NCBI RefSeq assembly: GCF_964355755.1
Contig: NC_092675.1
Coordinates: 9,729,812-9,793,811 of the forward strand
From: Antedon mediterranea
Lineage: Eukaryota > Animalia > Echinodermata
Reading direction: 5' to 3'
Length of the DNA: 64,000 nucleotides
Under the pieces are notes generated by a model. That model was not told where the DNA came from. It did not search any database and was given only the letters and a program-made list of their open reading frames with translations. The translations under genes and the position numbers were made by a program. Below, piece after piece: positions 63,397 to 64,000 of the stretch (position 1 is its first letter; every line of letters starts with the position of its first letter).

Positions 63397-63994
63397 ACAT
63401 TCTATTCCGTATTTTCTGCCAGTGTACCCGCAATGCTACTTTACATTCTATTCCGTATTTTCTGCCAATGTACCCGCAATGCTACTTTACATTCTATTCC
63501 GTATTTTCTGCCACTGTACCCGCAATGCTACTTTACATTCTATTCCGTATTTTCTGCCAGTGTACCCGCAATGCCACTTTACATTCTATTCCGTATTTTC
63601 TGCCAGTGTACCCGCAATGCTACTTTACATTCTATTCCGTATTTTCTGCCAGTGTACCCGCAATGCTACTTTACATTCTATTCCGTATTTTCTGCCAGTG
63701 TACCCGCAATGCTACTTTACATTCTATTCCGTATTTTCTGCCAGTGTACCCGCAATGCTACTTTACATTCTATTCCGTATTTTCTGCCAGTGTACCAGCA
63801 ATGCTACTTTACATTCTATTCCGTATATTCTGCCAGTGTACCCGCAATGCTACTTTACATTCTATTCCGTATTTTCTGCCAGTGTACCCGCAATGCTACG
63901 TTACATTCTATTCCGTATTTCCTGCCAGTGTACCCGCAATGCTACTTTACATTCTATTCCGTATTTTCTGCCAGTGTACCCGCAATGCTACTTT
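63397..63994. repeat. 46-bp minisatellite, 13 near-identical copies
   Basis: Unit ACATTCTATTCCGTATTTTCTGCCAGTGTACCCGCAATGCTACTTT, head-to-tail with scattered single substitutions and no spacers. Confidence 0.97.
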
Positions 63995-64000
63995 TTTCAT

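Noticed and set aside
63397-63994. CRISPR array
   Set aside because: Head-to-tail identical units with no unique spacers, no cas genes, eukaryotic context.

Overview
AT-rich eukaryotic (animal) genomic DNA, not prokaryotic: there are no operons, rRNA, tRNA or CRISPR arrays. TAGGCCTA is conspicuously frequent; a marine invertebrate such as an echinoderm is only a guess. The first ~33 kb looks like introns and the 5' region of a minus-strand host gene. It carries a few candidate exons, PIF/Harbinger-type MITEs and Helentron-type (HINE/DINE-like) elements. 33-64 kb is a dense, nested transposon cluster with these parts. (1) A four-layer nest: P-like end < 3.3-kb non-coding foldback element with 97-bp arrays < L1/Tx1 LINE whose 18-bp TSD overlaps the foldback terminus < short (AAACG)n-tailed retroposon. 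(2) A THAP/P-element relic. (3) A MULE-like element containing a 23-bp P-type footprint. (4) A CR1-group LINE with an intact ORF encoding a viral-like 2A (StopGo) motif just before the APE domain. (5) An RTEX-like < Rex1/Babar-like < HINE nest. (6) A Kolobok-like TTAA element. (7) A 46-bp minisatellite. All family assignments come from motif recognition by eye, not from database searches.
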